From a phage: 64,000 bases of DNA. The translations under genes and the position numbers were made by a program. The DNA lies in sequence record PZ534511.1; one strand, given 5' to 3'. The notes under the pieces are model-generated. The model ran no database searches and was not told where the DNA came from. It saw nothing but the letters and a program-made list of their open reading frames with translations. Below are positions 28,611 to 37,903 of this stretch, piece by piece (within the stretch, counting starts at the first letter, position 1; each line of letters starts with the position of its first letter).

Positions 28611-28860
28611 CATGACATTCGTTTGCATGAAAACAATTAGCAAGTTAACAATTAACAAGTTAATAATATATGACATAATATAAAAGCAGGGCAACTATTA
28701 GCAGATCTATAGTTGCCTTGCTTGTTATGTCATGATTAACTAAATACAAGGCAACTATGATCTGATTAATAGTTTGCAGACAAACTATCACGGGGGTGAT
28801 GGTTACTGCTTTTATATTATGTCGCGACTCCGTCGCGCCATGCCATTCGTTTGCATAGTT
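28611..28860. repeat. cluster of inverted and direct repeats (candidate origin or regulatory site)
   Basis: 18-mer CATGMCATTCGTTTGCAT x2; 21-bp inverted pair at 28668/28807; AAGGCAACTAT and its complement x4. Confidence 0.55.
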
Positions 28861-29470
28861 GCCTTATTGTTACAGGTAAAACAATTACATTATTAATTAT
28901 TTCTTATCTTTCTGTTAGTCATCTAATGATTCCAGTTAGTATAGTAACGTACAGTAAACATTAGACGACTAAAGATTTCTCTGCTTATGATAACTTGCCG
29001 TGACAATTTCGGACTGTTTACGAAAAATGTTGACACCTGAGCTGATTTATGTTATGCAATTTAAACGAATAATTATTTTATGCAGGTATTGACTATTCCG
29101 TTATTCTATGGTTGGAATAAATACTTAGCAAGCTATAGAATGGTGAGCGTACGTAAATTCTGAAATCTGGCGGCTATAGTTATACTCGATTTTTCGCATA
29201 GGACACGCTTTCGATGTTGTGTAAGTGTATGACTTATAAGAATTTTTATTTGTTGACAAGATATTGAAGATATGCATCAGGTTAAAATTTATGCAATAGC
29301 GGCATTACGTGCAATTTTGGGAGAGAAAACGGGCAAAAATGGCCTTGCTACCACACAATGAAAAATTATGCAATAGTTATTTTCCATGTATATTTGTACA
29401 GTGTGTGGGATTAATAGCTAGTCAATTATTCCACTTGCCAGGTAGGGCCGTTTATGGTAGGAGAAGAGCA

Positions 29471-29498
29471 GACAAAAAGAAAGGGGCCTAAGCCCCTT
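29471..29498 (-). terminator. rho-independent terminator for the minus-strand gene block
   Basis: GGGGC-uuag-GCCCC hairpin followed by U-run on minus strand, just after stop of 29517 gene. Confidence 0.55.
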
Positions 29499-29516
29499 GA
29501 TAATTCAGTTAAAAAA

Positions 29517-29936
29517 TTATAATGATTCGTATATTTCAAAAATCCGATTTGCCAGGTCGTTACGGTAGCGGAATTTTTCCTCACGTTTGATCATAAGATC
29601 TTTATAACCGTACTCTTTAAGCACTTCATTAACTTTATGGCGGCATACTTTCATATTATCCTGCGCGTCACCAATAAATCTGTTGCTATGGTGCATGGCT
29701 TTAATTTCTTCTTCCAGGACCAGGGCAACTATGCGGACCGGATCAAGCTGATAGGCGGTAACATCCATGCGGCATTGTAGACGGCTTTTAACGTCCGCCA
29801 CCGGATATACTGCAACCTCTTCCCCGTCAACATTGACAATAATTAGTTTACCATCGATTTCGAATCCTTTCGCCGCCGGACCGTGACAAAAAGCGTTATC
29901 AAAGCTATATGCCGGATTATCAGATTTAATGTTCAT
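29517..29936 (-). CDS. hypothetical protein
   Basis: ORF with GAGG RBS. Confidence 0.5.
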   Translation of the reverse strand: MNIKSDNPAYSFDNAFCHGPAAKGFEIDGKLIIVNVDGEEVAVYPVADVKSRLQCRMDVTAYQLDPVRIVALVLEEEIKAMHHSNRFIGDAQDNMKVCRHKVNEVLKEYGYKDLMIKREEKFRYRNDLANRIFEIYESL

Positions 29937-30081
29937 GGTGTTTTTTACCTCTCAGTTAATTTTCTTACAACTTCCCTTCAAAAAAGAATATAGCAAAACT
30001 GCCGATCCCTGTCAACCAAGGATAGCATAATTTTTATGTGATCAAGGGGCTTTATTGCCCCTGACCATGTAACTTGTTGTA

Positions 30082-30347
30082 TTATTTGTTGCTCATCCAG
30101 TTTTCCCAAGCTGCCTGATAATCTGCCTCACTACGGCGGATCTCTTCTTGCTCTTCAAGCCGGATCTCTTCTTCCAGGTACCCCAGGATATCGGATTTTT
30201 TGGTCTGGCGTAGCATCCAGTCATCTTTTTTGCGAGTAAAGATCTTATAAGCTTTCTCGCAAACCTCTTTTTTGCTACCTTTTTGGACTTCAAGAATTCT
30301 GTAGGCCATGTACTGAACTAATTTAAGCTGATCCAGACGTTTCATGA
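30082..30347 (-). CDS. hypothetical protein
   Basis: ATG preceded by AAAGAGGAAAACATC cassette. Confidence 0.45.
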
Positions 30348-30423
30348 TGTTTTCCTCTTTATGTGGTTCGTTTTGATTAGTTGATAATACAGCAGTTCGC
30401 AGATCAGTTTTTAGCAATTCATG

Positions 30424-30642
30424 CTATTTACTCACAAGGGTGTCGAAAACAAATTTTTCTTTATTGTCTAAACTCACGTATCCGATTCGACCACGCAAGC
30501 CGCAAGTAGTGCCGTACTCGTAACCATTAAGGCCTTTAACCTTCCAATCCGTACCCATTAAAACCGCATTATATTCCTGACCAACTACAAAAGCGCCCCC
30601 AGTCGATTCAATGCAAACAACTTTAATTTTACGGGTTGTCAT
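30424..30642 (-). CDS. hypothetical protein
   Basis: ORF with GGGAGAAAG RBS and upstream hairpin. Confidence 0.45.
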   Translation of the reverse strand: MTTRKIKVVCIESTGGAFVVGQEYNAVLMGTDWKVKGLNGYEYGTTCGLRGRIGYVSLDNKEKFVFDTLVSK

Positions 30643-30702
30643 TTTCTTTCTCCCTTTGTGTGGTTCTGATTAGTGGGCCTTTTGGCCCGTGTCATTATCT
30701 TA

Positions 30703-30978
30703 TTACTTACGGCGGCAGAATTCAAGCGTTTTTAATTGATAATCTTCCTCAGCCTGGAGTACAACCGCCTCGATCATTTCGTTGGCATTGTTGAAGCCAT
30801 ATCCTTTAGCGAATTCATCCGCACCACCTTCGTGATCATGTTCTGCGTTCATCGCTTCCACGAAATGGAATTCAAGATTATTGAGATAAGGGCTTGATGT
30901 TCCGTCCTCTTTTTCGATGAGATCCCAAATAGCATTAAAACGTGATTCAACTTCTTGGTTAATCCAGCTTAACATGGC
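30703..30978 (-). CDS. hypothetical protein
   Basis: ATG with GGAAGAGAGG RBS. Confidence 0.45.
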   Translation of the reverse strand, partial: AMLSWINQEVESRFNAIWDLIEKEDGTSSPYLNNLEFHFVEAMNAEHDHEGGADEFAKGYGFNNANEMIEAVVLQAEEDYQLKTLEFCRRK

Positions 30979-31187
30979 GTTTTCCTCTCTTCCGGTTGTT
31001 GTGTGGGCGCTTTTGCCCCCTTCGAGATAAATGCTACCCCACCACCTGGCAGATGTCAACGGTTTTTATAGTTTTTATATAGCAGGCACACCCGGTGATT
31101 GTCTCCCCCTGTCGCCAGGTGCCTGCCGTGAAACAAGTATAACAAAAAACAGGACCATTGCAAGCCCTGTTTTGTAGTTTATAAATA

Positions 31188-31379
31188 TTATATTTTTTCG
31201 CCTATGTAGTCCGGTCGGTTTTTCTCTGTCATGCGCTTTAGCAATTCTTGCATGTTGCTTATGGCTTGCAGTGTATCCCCTTCCAGACTTGAATCAACAT
31301 AATCAGGATCGTCTATAACCTTTCTATGATTATGATAACGCAGTACCGCCAATACCTTTCTAACTTGTTCGATATTCAT
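31188..31379 (-). CDS. hypothetical protein
   Basis: ORF. Confidence 0.4.
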   Translation of the reverse strand: MNIEQVRKVLAVLRYHNHRKVIDDPDYVDSSLEGDTLQAISNMQELLKRMTEKNRPDYIGEKI

Positions 31380-31391
31380 TTTTACCGCTCT

Positions 31392-31526
31392 TTAAAACAA
31401 GGTGCCAACCGTTTCCAATAGATCACTGACTACCAGGACAATACCGATCAGCACATACCTAACCATAAGGGGAAAGAGCGCCAATATTGCCACCACAATC
31501 CCCAAGGTGATGATTATCTTTCTCAT
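31392..31526 (-). CDS. 44-aa hydrophobic micro-protein (below ORF-track cut-off)
   Basis: MRKIIITLGIVVAILALFPL... TM-like. Confidence 0.3.
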   Translation of the reverse strand: MRKIIITLGIVVAILALFPLMVRYVLIGIVLVVSDLLETVGTLF

Positions 31527-31528
31527 GG

Positions 31529-31813
31529 TTAACGGTTTACGTAAGCTTTACCGTTTACGGTGATGGGCAGATCTTCCAGGTCTGGATCTTCCTTAAGGTC
31601 GCGAGCAAGCTCACCGCACCGGACACCCTCGAATCCGTAGTACTCTGTTGTGCCGTCCTTAAAAGTTTTAGTGGCAAGGCATAAGCGATAAGTAACCCCG
31701 ATTCGATTGACGGCATGAATATCCGTTAGATTAACCTCTTTTGCCAGCTCTTTGGCCATTACAGGCGCATTAAGTCCAACAACTAGGGCAACCACTGCGA
31801 TCATCTTTTTCAT
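31529..31813 (-). CDS. putative secreted protein (signal peptide)
   Basis: MKKMIAVVALVVGLNAPVMA signal-peptide-like N-terminus. Confidence 0.5.
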   Translation of the reverse strand: MKKMIAVVALVVGLNAPVMAKELAKEVNLTDIHAVNRIGVTYRLCLATKTFKDGTTEYYGFEGVRCGELARDLKEDPDLEDLPITVNGKAYVNR

Positions 31814-31904
31814 TGTGTCTATCCTCTTTCTGCTACGTTTAAGGCGGCGGTAACCGCCTGTTTATGCTTTGTTGGTTAATTTTCGGGTATCGGTATAAAT
31901 TAAA

Positions 31905-32120
31905 CTATGCTGTACGCTCAACTATAACAACGGTTTGGGGGATCTCACCTTCCACCACTAATAAGGCCTTTTTCTGCGTGATGGATATCTTTACCCGTTG
32001 CAGCGTGGCGGTGAAGTCTTTCATTTCGTCACGTGGTGTTTTAGTGCAATACCAGATCTCAGGCTTGCCGATCTGTAAGTTGCGTAAAAATTCTGTTTTG
32101 CCTGTTTTGTTAGTGATCAT
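31905..32120 (-). CDS. hypothetical protein
   Basis: ORF. Confidence 0.4.
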   Translation of the reverse strand: MITNKTGKTEFLRNLQIGKPEIWYCTKTPRDEMKDFTATLQRVKISITQKKALLVVEGEIPQTVVIVERTA

Positions 32121-32129
32121 TTGCCAACC

Positions 32130-32234
32130 TCACCCGATACCGTTGGAAGACAAGATCATATTAGACATGGTTGCAATCAGGCCAATACCCAGGGCAATAG
32201 CTAGGATCACCGCATCAATTAATTTCTGTTTCAT
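32130..32234 (-). CDS. 34-aa hydrophobic micro-protein (below ORF-track cut-off)
   Basis: MKQKLIDAVILAIALGIGLIA... TM-like. Confidence 0.3.
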   Translation of the reverse strand: MKQKLIDAVILAIALGIGLIATMSNMILSSNGIG

Positions 32235-32324
32235 CTTGTTTTCCTCTTCTTGTTCCAGGTGGCGGACCATTCCACCGCCTTATGTATTATGCTTTGTAAG
32301 ATGGTTGTTTGTTTTCAAACTATT

Positions 32325-32504
32325 TTAACGATAATCATCGTACGCTTTATTAACCTGGCGAATATAACATTCAAAAGCCAGATCAATAGATTTATATTCA
32401 CGGATATACTCACCATAGGAAACCACATACATTTCTATAGCTTCCTCATATGCGAGGAGAATAGAATCCAAGCCTACGATCTCAGTCTTTGCAATAATAG
32501 CCAT
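32325..32504 (-). CDS. 59-aa hypothetical protein (below ORF-track cut-off)
   Basis: ATG preceded by promoter-hairpin-RBS cassette. Confidence 0.35.
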   Translation of the reverse strand: MAIIAKTEIVGLDSILLAYEEAIEMYVVSYGEYIREYKSIDLAFECYIRQVNKAYDDYR

Positions 32505-32551
32505 GATTTTTATCCTCTTTGTGGTTGGTGGGGCTTGCCCCTTTGATTTAT

Positions 32552-32579
32552 ATACTACAGTCTTATATGGTCATGTCAA
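32552..32579 (-). promoter_or_regulatory. sigma70-like promoter (minus strand TTGACA-16-TAGTAT)
   Basis: hexamers read on minus strand, followed by GC hairpin and RBS. Confidence 0.5.
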
Positions 32580-32689
32580 CTATTTTCAAAAAATTTTTCT
32601 GCTGTGATATTTTTCCCGGTAGGGTTCGCTACTTTCAAAATTCTATCATGCACCGGACGCCCAAAAGAATAAGCGCCGTACACAGTAAA

Positions 32690-32809
32690 CTAATAATCGC
32701 CGTCAGGTTGTACTATTACCGCCGCATAGGGTACGCCTTTTTCGTTATTGCTGACAAAATAGATCACGTTGCCATTAATAGCCTCGGTGCGTTTAATTTG
32801 TTCCATCAT
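32690..32809 (-). CDS. hypothetical small protein
   Basis: ATG with AAAGAGAGG RBS. Confidence 0.35.
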   Translation of the reverse strand: MMEQIKRTEAINGNVIYFVSNNEKGVPYAAVIVQPDGDY

Positions 32810-32864
32810 GATGATTTGCCTCTCTTTATTTTCATAATTGGGGGCCTTTTCGGCCCCGCCAGGT

Positions 32865-33149
32865 TTATTTGTTGATAGCATGCAGCGGGAAAGGTACGCC
32901 AGGTTGATAGATAACTTTTACAACCTCATCAGGACAAAAGAAGTTGCAGAACTCACCGCAATAGGCCTCATCCTCTTTTAGCTCTTCATCGACATACTCA
33001 AAAAAGTAGTCGATGCTTGGATAATCCTGACCGGGATTATAGTCAACCATTGTCAGGACTAGTTCAAGATCGTTGCGTAGGATATGCATACCCGCTTTTA
33101 AGTATTTTGCTTCCATTTCTACTACATCGCCAACGGTAACAATAGCCAT
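32865..33149 (-). CDS. hypothetical protein
   Basis: ORF with GGAG RBS. Confidence 0.45.
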   Translation of the reverse strand: MAIVTVGDVVEMEAKYLKAGMHILRNDLELVLTMVDYNPGQDYPSIDYFFEYVDEELKEDEAYCGEFCNFFCPDEVVKVIYQPGVPFPLHAINK

Positions 33150-33374
33150 GGTTTTAACTCCTATCTATCCGGTTAATGATTGGGGGCCGCCCCCCTGACA
33201 CGTCCTATTATCCATATTGTAGGGCTTGATGCAAGTACTTCTTTAAAAATTTTTTAAGCGCCTTGGGGGCCGCTGTAGCGCCAAAATAATAAAGGCCATG
33301 CAACCGCATAGCCTTTATGTGATTATATCGCTGCAGGCCCTGCCATGGGCCTTATTTTGCATCATTTGCTGGAA

Positions 33375-33674
33375 TTATTCAGAGAAAACATCGTTCACAA
33401 TAGCGATCACAATGCCGCCCACCTTGTCACGGTCAACAATGCACAAATCACCATAGATCATGTGGTAGTCTGGATGATCTTTCACGGAATAGTCAATGAG
33501 TGTCTTCTTATCGTCCAGCTTTTTGACTTCCATGGTCATTGTAATGAATTGATCGTTAAATGCACTATTGCGGAAGATCATTACCTGGCCGCCTTGACAT
33601 CCAGTGATCTCAACTTCCACGCCGTCTACGATCTGACCATCAAAGAAATAAAGATTATTGGCGGGTATAAACAT
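33375..33674 (-). CDS. hypothetical protein
   Basis: ATG with AGGAG RBS. Confidence 0.45.
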   Translation of the reverse strand: MFIPANNLYFFDGQIVDGVEVEITGCQGGQVMIFRNSAFNDQFITMTMEVKKLDDKKTLIDYSVKDHPDYHMIYGDLCIVDRDKVGGIVIAIVNDVFSE

Positions 33675-33718
33675 GATCATTGCTCCTTTTTGCACTGATT
33701 ATTTTAACAGGGTTTAAA

Positions 33719-33763
33719 TTTACTTTATTGATGGTCCTGGAGTCAAGACCATCTAAAAATAAA
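33719..33763. repeat. 45-bp palindromic element, copy 1 of 3
   Basis: TTTACTTTATTGATGGTCCTGGAGTCAAGACCATCTAAAAATAAA. Confidence 0.7.
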
Positions 33764-33765
33764 TT

Positions 33766-33966
33766 TTACAGGCCTACAATCTCTTTGATTCGTTTAACTG
33801 CTGCCTCAGCGCCTTGGGGGTAGAAATTATGATAACCAATCACGCGGGTAATACTGATCGCCACCTGATGATCTTCATAATACCCCTTGAATATTTCTTG
33901 ACCATCAACCAGCACAGCAATTTTTTCTTCTTTTTTGAAGTTAATAACGCGGATATTGTTGCTCAT
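33766..33966 (-). CDS. hypothetical protein
   Basis: ATG with AAAGGAGAAAC RBS. Confidence 0.4.
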   Translation of the reverse strand: MSNNIRVINFKKEEKIAVLVDGQEIFKGYYEDHQVAISITRVIGYHNFYPQGAEAAVKRIKEIVGL

Positions 33967-34110
33967 TTTGTTTCTCCTTTTGGAACTTTGTCTATGTGGT
34001 GGGGGAGTGTCTCCCCGTTGATTGTTATTATCCATATTCTGGACCGGATTGCAACACCCCGGAAGAAAAATTTTTTGAAAAGTTAGGCCCCCAGGGATCG
34101 GGGGCCGTTA

Positions 34111-34230
34111 TCAGGTGCGTACAGCGATAAAATACATCCCTACGCCTAACAATATTTCAAGGGCGATGATCTCCAGCCATACCATAACACGGCGCGCCTT
34201 ATCGGTGCGGGGCTTATCCTTGGGTGTCAT
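34111..34230 (-). CDS. 39-aa hydrophobic micro-protein (below ORF-track cut-off)
   Basis: AGGAGGAAAGGGGGG RBS; TM-like C-terminus. Confidence 0.35.
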   Translation of the reverse strand: MTPKDKPRTDKARRVMVWLEIIALEILLGVGMYFIAVRT

Positions 34231-34250
34231 CGTCTCCCCCTTTCCTCCTG

Positions 34251-34472
34251 TTAGTAGTGACGTGGTTTGCAATGGCCCCCAGGAGTATTATCACCACGCA
34301 CATTACAAGAAAAATTATCTCTGTCGTTGTTCGATCCATTGTTATAAAATTCCTTAAGATCAGGCCTGAAAATAAAGCTTTCATTATTGAATCCATCCCG
34401 CCAGGCGGCTGGCCTCAAATCTTCACTAAATGGATTAATTAACGTGGTATTATTTAAACGGCTGGCCCACAT
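34251..34472 (-). CDS. hypothetical protein (frame ambiguous with overlapping 34214-34339 TM peptide ORF)
   Basis: two overlapping ORFs in different frames; cannot decide by eye. Confidence 0.25.
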   Translation of the reverse strand: MWASRLNNTTLINPFSEDLRPAAWRDGFNNESFIFRPDLKEFYNNGSNNDRDNFSCNVRGDNTPGGHCKPRHY

Positions 34473-34821
34473 ATTTTCTATTCCTCTCAAATAAGCGATC
34501 CGCCTCAGTTAAACAAATCTCATGGGCGTGATCTCTGGTTTTAGCTTCATCGAAAACCTGTTGTGCAAGGCTGCAACGTAGGGAGACTGGAAGATCACTA
34601 TAATAGGCGTTGACAAACGTTTGAGCGTCGTACAGGTCTGAAAATACTTTACCCTTTCTATTATTCCCCTTGTCAACAATTGCAAGGATAACCAATACAA
34701 TAGTTGCAACCACCCCCAGGAAAATAGATATAATAAACCATAAAAAGGCGGATCTTCCCATCTTGCCAGCGATCCAGGCGTTAAACAAGGCAACCAATAC
34801 AGCCAAAATAATAAATTCCAT
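34450..34821 (-). CDS. membrane protein
   Basis: two hydrophobic helices; ATG with AAGAGG RBS. Confidence 0.45.
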   Translation of the reverse strand: MEFIILAVLVALFNAWIAGKMGRSAFLWFIISIFLGVVATIVLVILAIVDKGNNRKGKVFSDLYDAQTFVNAYYSDLPVSLRCSLAQQVFDEAKTRDHAHEICLTEADRLFERNRKYVGQPFK

Positions 34822-34885
34822 TCTATGTACCTCTTTTACAGTTCTGATTAACAATAAGGCGGCAAATATGCCGCCTGTTACCTGA

Positions 34886-35266
34886 TTAAAAATTATCGCC
34901 GTAAATCTTTCCGCTTTCTACCCATACCACCACGCGAGGCATACTATCCCACACGTCTTGTTTTAGATTGAGCGCGTGCAATTCTTCGGTGGTGCTCATA
35001 CCGGGCACGGGCTGATTGTATACTGCAAAACGACCACCCGCATAATCATAGGCTAGAGTTAAATCACACTGGATCATCTTTTTGATCATGGCATTAAGCA
35101 TGGCGTTAGCCGCATACTGATCACGTTTTAAAGGCAACTCTTTGATTAGTTTGCGATAGTTTTCGATATGGTCGCACACTGTTTCACGCGGAAGATCTTT
35201 CATATCCTCGCGAAAGGTAACCAGGTTAAACATAACGGTGTCAATAGCTTTAGTAGTGTTTTTCAT
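34886..35266 (-). CDS. hypothetical protein
   Basis: ATG preceded by promoter-hairpin-RBS cassette. Confidence 0.45.
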   Translation of the reverse strand: MKNTTKAIDTVMFNLVTFREDMKDLPRETVCDHIENYRKLIKELPLKRDQYAANAMLNAMIKKMIQCDLTLAYDYAGGRFAVYNQPVPGMSTTEELHALNLKQDVWDSMPRVVVWVESGKIYGDNF

Positions 35267-35320
35267 GATGTTTTCCTCTTTGTTTTGTGTGGGGGCAAAC
35301 GTCTTGCCCCCTTGAGTTTT

Positions 35321-35348
35321 AATATAGCAGGTTTTTAGGTTATTGCAA
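35321..35348 (-). promoter_or_regulatory. sigma70-like promoter (minus strand TTGCAA-16-TATATT)
   Basis: hexamers on minus strand followed by GGGGGCAAG...TTGCCCCC hairpin. Confidence 0.5.
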
Positions 35349-35356
35349 CACTTTAT

Positions 35357-35980
35357 TTATGAAAAAGTCATCTCGCCATCTTCATCCACATCAAACCGCC
35401 AATCATTGGCCTCGATAAGGCCGATCAGGTTTTCGGTAGTGAATTGTTCAAGATAGGCCCCCTCCAGGTCTACGTAAACCTTGCGGGATAGCTCCCGTAC
35501 CGTCTCGGTGATCAGCTCTTCCAGGTCTTCCACTTTGTTTTCTTGTTTGGCGGTCAGATCTAGCCAGGTGGTATCAATGTATCCGCTTACAGTGTTTTCA
35601 TGGCTGTAATGGCTGTACTTGTCGCGTTCAACACTGGCTGATAACTCGCCATCGTGCATTGTGCCGAACAAGTGACGAATTGATCGGAACTTGGTCAGGG
35701 CCTTTACTTTACGCAAAAATTTTTCTAAATCCACGTTTTCAGCACTGATTGAAGCGCCGTCACCCTGGCACCAAAAGCCGGACCAATGTACTTCGGTATC
35801 TTCAAGGCCGTACTCTGGAAAGATATATTCTTTGTAGTGTTCAATTACACTTTCTGCAAAAAAGTCATCCCCGCTGTGTTCTTCTCTTTCGCGTACCATT
35901 TCAATGGCTTTTTCTTTTTGTTCGTCGGTCAGCACGTCGAAAGATAAATTGTAACCTGTGGTAATGTTAACGGTGGTCAT
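35357..35980 (-). CDS. hypothetical acidic protein
   Basis: 207-aa ORF; no confidently recognised motif. Confidence 0.5.
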   Translation of the reverse strand: MTTVNITTGYNLSFDVLTDEQKEKAIEMVREREEHSGDDFFAESVIEHYKEYIFPEYGLEDTEVHWSGFWCQGDGASISAENVDLEKFLRKVKALTKFRSIRHLFGTMHDGELSASVERDKYSHYSHENTVSGYIDTTWLDLTAKQENKVEDLEELITETVRELSRKVYVDLEGAYLEQFTTENLIGLIEANDWRFDVDEDGEMTFS

Positions 35981-36037
35981 GATATTTTCTCCTGTTTTCT
36001 TTGTTAGTGGCGGGAAGTTTTCCCGTTTACGTGTTTA

Positions 36038-36065
36038 AGTATACTTATCAAGATTTACTTGTCAA
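36038..36065 (-). promoter_or_regulatory. sigma70-like promoter (minus strand TTGACA-16-TATACT)
   Basis: hexamers on minus strand followed by CGGGAAAACUUCCCG hairpin and RBS. Confidence 0.55.
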
Positions 36066-36315
36066 CACTATTTTTTAAATTATTGTGGCGCAAAATGTTT
36101 AAAATCTCCTCAACGTCATCAACACGGCGGCAATTTTTAAACGCTACCAATTGCCCCATGATTTTAATCACTGGGCGGCCTTGCCAGTGCCCCTGGAGAA
36201 AGCGCGCCTTGACTTTATCGGTGGAACTATCACGCCACCAAATAGCCTTGTTGTTGCAGTAGTAAAAATTATTCAGGACAACATCAACTTTATCAAAATT
36301 TTTTAATTTACGCAT
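36055..36315 (-). CDS. hypothetical protein
   Basis: ORF with AAAGGAG RBS. Confidence 0.4.
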   Translation of the reverse strand: MRKLKNFDKVDVVLNNFYYCNNKAIWWRDSSTDKVKARFLQGHWQGRPVIKIMGQLVAFKNCRRVDDVEEILNILRHNNLKNSVDK

Positions 36316-36496
36316 GGCGTTTACTCCTTTCTCTCTTTGATGTGGTTAGTATAGCTAACCTGTTGACGATGTCAATGATATTTTTAACGCCATAAAACGG
36401 CCTTGGGCGATGTTTTCAGGTTAAAGGGGGCGATTGCATAGGTGGGGGCCTTTTTGGCGCTTACAGGGCCAACCAGGGGCGCTATTCGTAGGATAG

Positions 36497-36525
36497 AAAT
36501 AAAAAGCCCCGCACAATGGCGGGGC
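36497..36525 (-). terminator. rho-independent terminator (minus strand)
   Basis: GCCCCGC-cauugu-GCGGGGC hairpin followed by UUUUUAUUU on minus strand. Confidence 0.55.
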
Positions 36526-36533
36526 GTTGGTTG

Positions 36534-36734
36534 TTATTTGTCTTTATGGCGGTATCGTTCTGCCTGTCGTTCACGTTCCAAAAGTAGGCCGGGCAATTTA
36601 CGATCATAATGATTACGCCAGATCTTCCCAAACCTTTTTGGCTTATTCAGTTTATTGTTACGCTGGCGGCGTTCTGGCAGCTCTTCGGAATCATGAGGGC
36701 GCTTTACAATTTTCTCGAAATTAATTTTCATATA
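36534..36734 (-). CDS. small highly basic protein
   Basis: Arg/Lys-rich; ATG with AAGGGGGG RBS. Confidence 0.4.
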   Translation of the reverse strand, partial: YMKINFEKIVKRPHDSEELPERRQRNNKLNKPKRFGKIWRNHYDRKLPGLLLERERQAERYRHKDK

Positions 36735-37077
36735 TTCCCCCCTTGCTAACTTCAATATTGGCCTGAATAGCCCGGATACGGCGCTTTATAACTTCCTGAT
36801 CTGTGTGATCGTATCCCCAAAAGTCTACAATTTTTGCGCCCCCAGCCTTTAGGCGGTATAGTGTTTCCTGCATTTTGTAAGCCGGGATCGGTCGCGGTGT
36901 TACCTGGTCGCCCTTCTCATTCTTGTACTTGATAATGTAGTCTTCATTGTCGTTGAATACCCAAAATGGGTATTCTGTGAGCGCGTTGCTCTCTTTTTCG
37001 TTTTTAGATTGGATCTTGTTTACAATTAAAGCCGTAGCAATAGCGCCAATAATAAAACTTGCCCCGCTGATCATGTA
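36721..37077 (-). CDS. membrane-anchored protein
   Basis: N-terminal TM helix; AAAGGAGA RBS. Confidence 0.45.
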   Translation of the reverse strand, partial: YMISGASFIIGAIATALIVNKIQSKNEKESNALTEYPFWVFNDNEDYIIKYKNEKGDQVTPRPIPAYKMQETLYRLKAGGAKIVDFWGYDHTDQEVIKRRIRAIQANIEVSKGGIYEN

Positions 37078-37149
37078 CTTTCTCCTTTCATTGTGTTGAT
37101 AAACTGTCTTTATAGATGGCCCTGCTACCAGGACCACCGAAAAAACAGC

Positions 37150-37395
37150 TTATTTGACGATACCGACAAAACAGATCCCGCCTTCCCCTATATAGGCAAT
37201 ATCGGTAATTTTATAATTTGTCAAGATCCGCGTGTTCAGATCATTAATAAAATCGGTCATCGCGTTGGTGTAGTTGTCTTCCGTGTCTAAGGCATAATCC
37301 CAGGTGTAAACCTTTTTACGTCCGAAGCCTTTTACCATGATACGGGCGCTTTTGGTGTTGGTGGGCGCATAATATTTTGTGATTAGTGCTGCCAT
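37150..37395 (-). CDS. hypothetical protein
   Basis: ORF with GAGGAG RBS. Confidence 0.45.
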   Translation of the reverse strand: MAALITKYYAPTNTKSARIMVKGFGRKKVYTWDYALDTEDNYTNAMTDFINDLNTRILTNYKITDIAYIGEGGICFVGIVK

Positions 37396-37435
37396 GGTTT
37401 TAACTCCTCATTAGTTCAGTGTTAACAGTGTAAAG

Positions 37436-37480
37436 TTTACTTTATTGATGGCCCTGGAGTCAAGGCCATCTAAAAATAAA
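37436..37480. repeat. 45-bp palindromic element, copy 2 of 3
   Basis: TTTACTTTATTGATGGCCCTGGAGTCAAGGCCATCTAAAAATAAA. Confidence 0.7.
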
Positions 37481-37482
37481 TT

Positions 37483-37824
37483 TTACTCGTTTTCTTCCAG
37501 CTCTGAAAGCTCTTCTTTCATTTCTTCCAGCTCTGTCTGCAATTCCTGGTATTCTTCATCGTCCTCAATATCCAGGCTGTCGATGTAGTCGCTAAATCCG
37601 CAGCGGTAAGCGATAGGATCTAACTCCTTGAGGATACGCGACGGAAGAAAAGAAATGTTTCCGATCATAATTTCGCCGTAGATCTCGTCTAACCATTCAT
37701 CATAGTTTTCGTCGTACTTGTCCTCGTCGATTTCAAAGTTATCGATCTTATTCTCAAGGTCTGCGATCTGTTTTTTCAGTTCAGCGATCTGCATAGCTTT
37801 TTCTGCGGCGGTCATAGTAGTCAT
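37483..37824 (-). CDS. acidic coiled-coil protein
   Basis: Glu/Asp-rich heptad-like sequence. Confidence 0.45.
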   Translation of the reverse strand: MTTMTAAEKAMQIAELKKQIADLENKIDNFEIDEDKYDENYDEWLDEIYGEIMIGNISFLPSRILKELDPIAYRCGFSDYIDSLDIEDDEEYQELQTELEEMKEELSELEENE

Positions 37825-37875
37825 GGTGTTTTTCTCCTTTTGTGTATTCTGGGAAGTTTTCCCGTTTATGTGCTT

Positions 37876-37903
37876 ATTATATCGATTTAAGTTAGCTTGT
37901 CAA
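37876..37903 (-). promoter_or_regulatory. sigma70-like promoter (minus strand TTGACA-16-TATAAT)
   Basis: consensus hexamers followed by GGGAAAACUUCCC hairpin and AAAAGGAG RBS. Confidence 0.6.

Noticed and set aside
29309-29491. Track ORF 29309-29491 (+), 60 aa
   Set aside because: Sits in A/T-rich repeat DNA with no RBS and ends inside the minus-strand terminator hairpin.
27070-29516. tRNA gene cluster in the convergent noncoding region
   Set aside because: Scanned by eye for T-loop (GGTTCGA/GTTCAA-type) and cloverleaf-sized units; none found. A tRNA scan would be needed to exclude it fully.
35357-35980. Anti-restriction (ArdA-like) assignment for the acidic 207-aa protein
   Set aside because: Acidic composition suggested it, but I could not match any ArdA motif from memory; left hypothetical.
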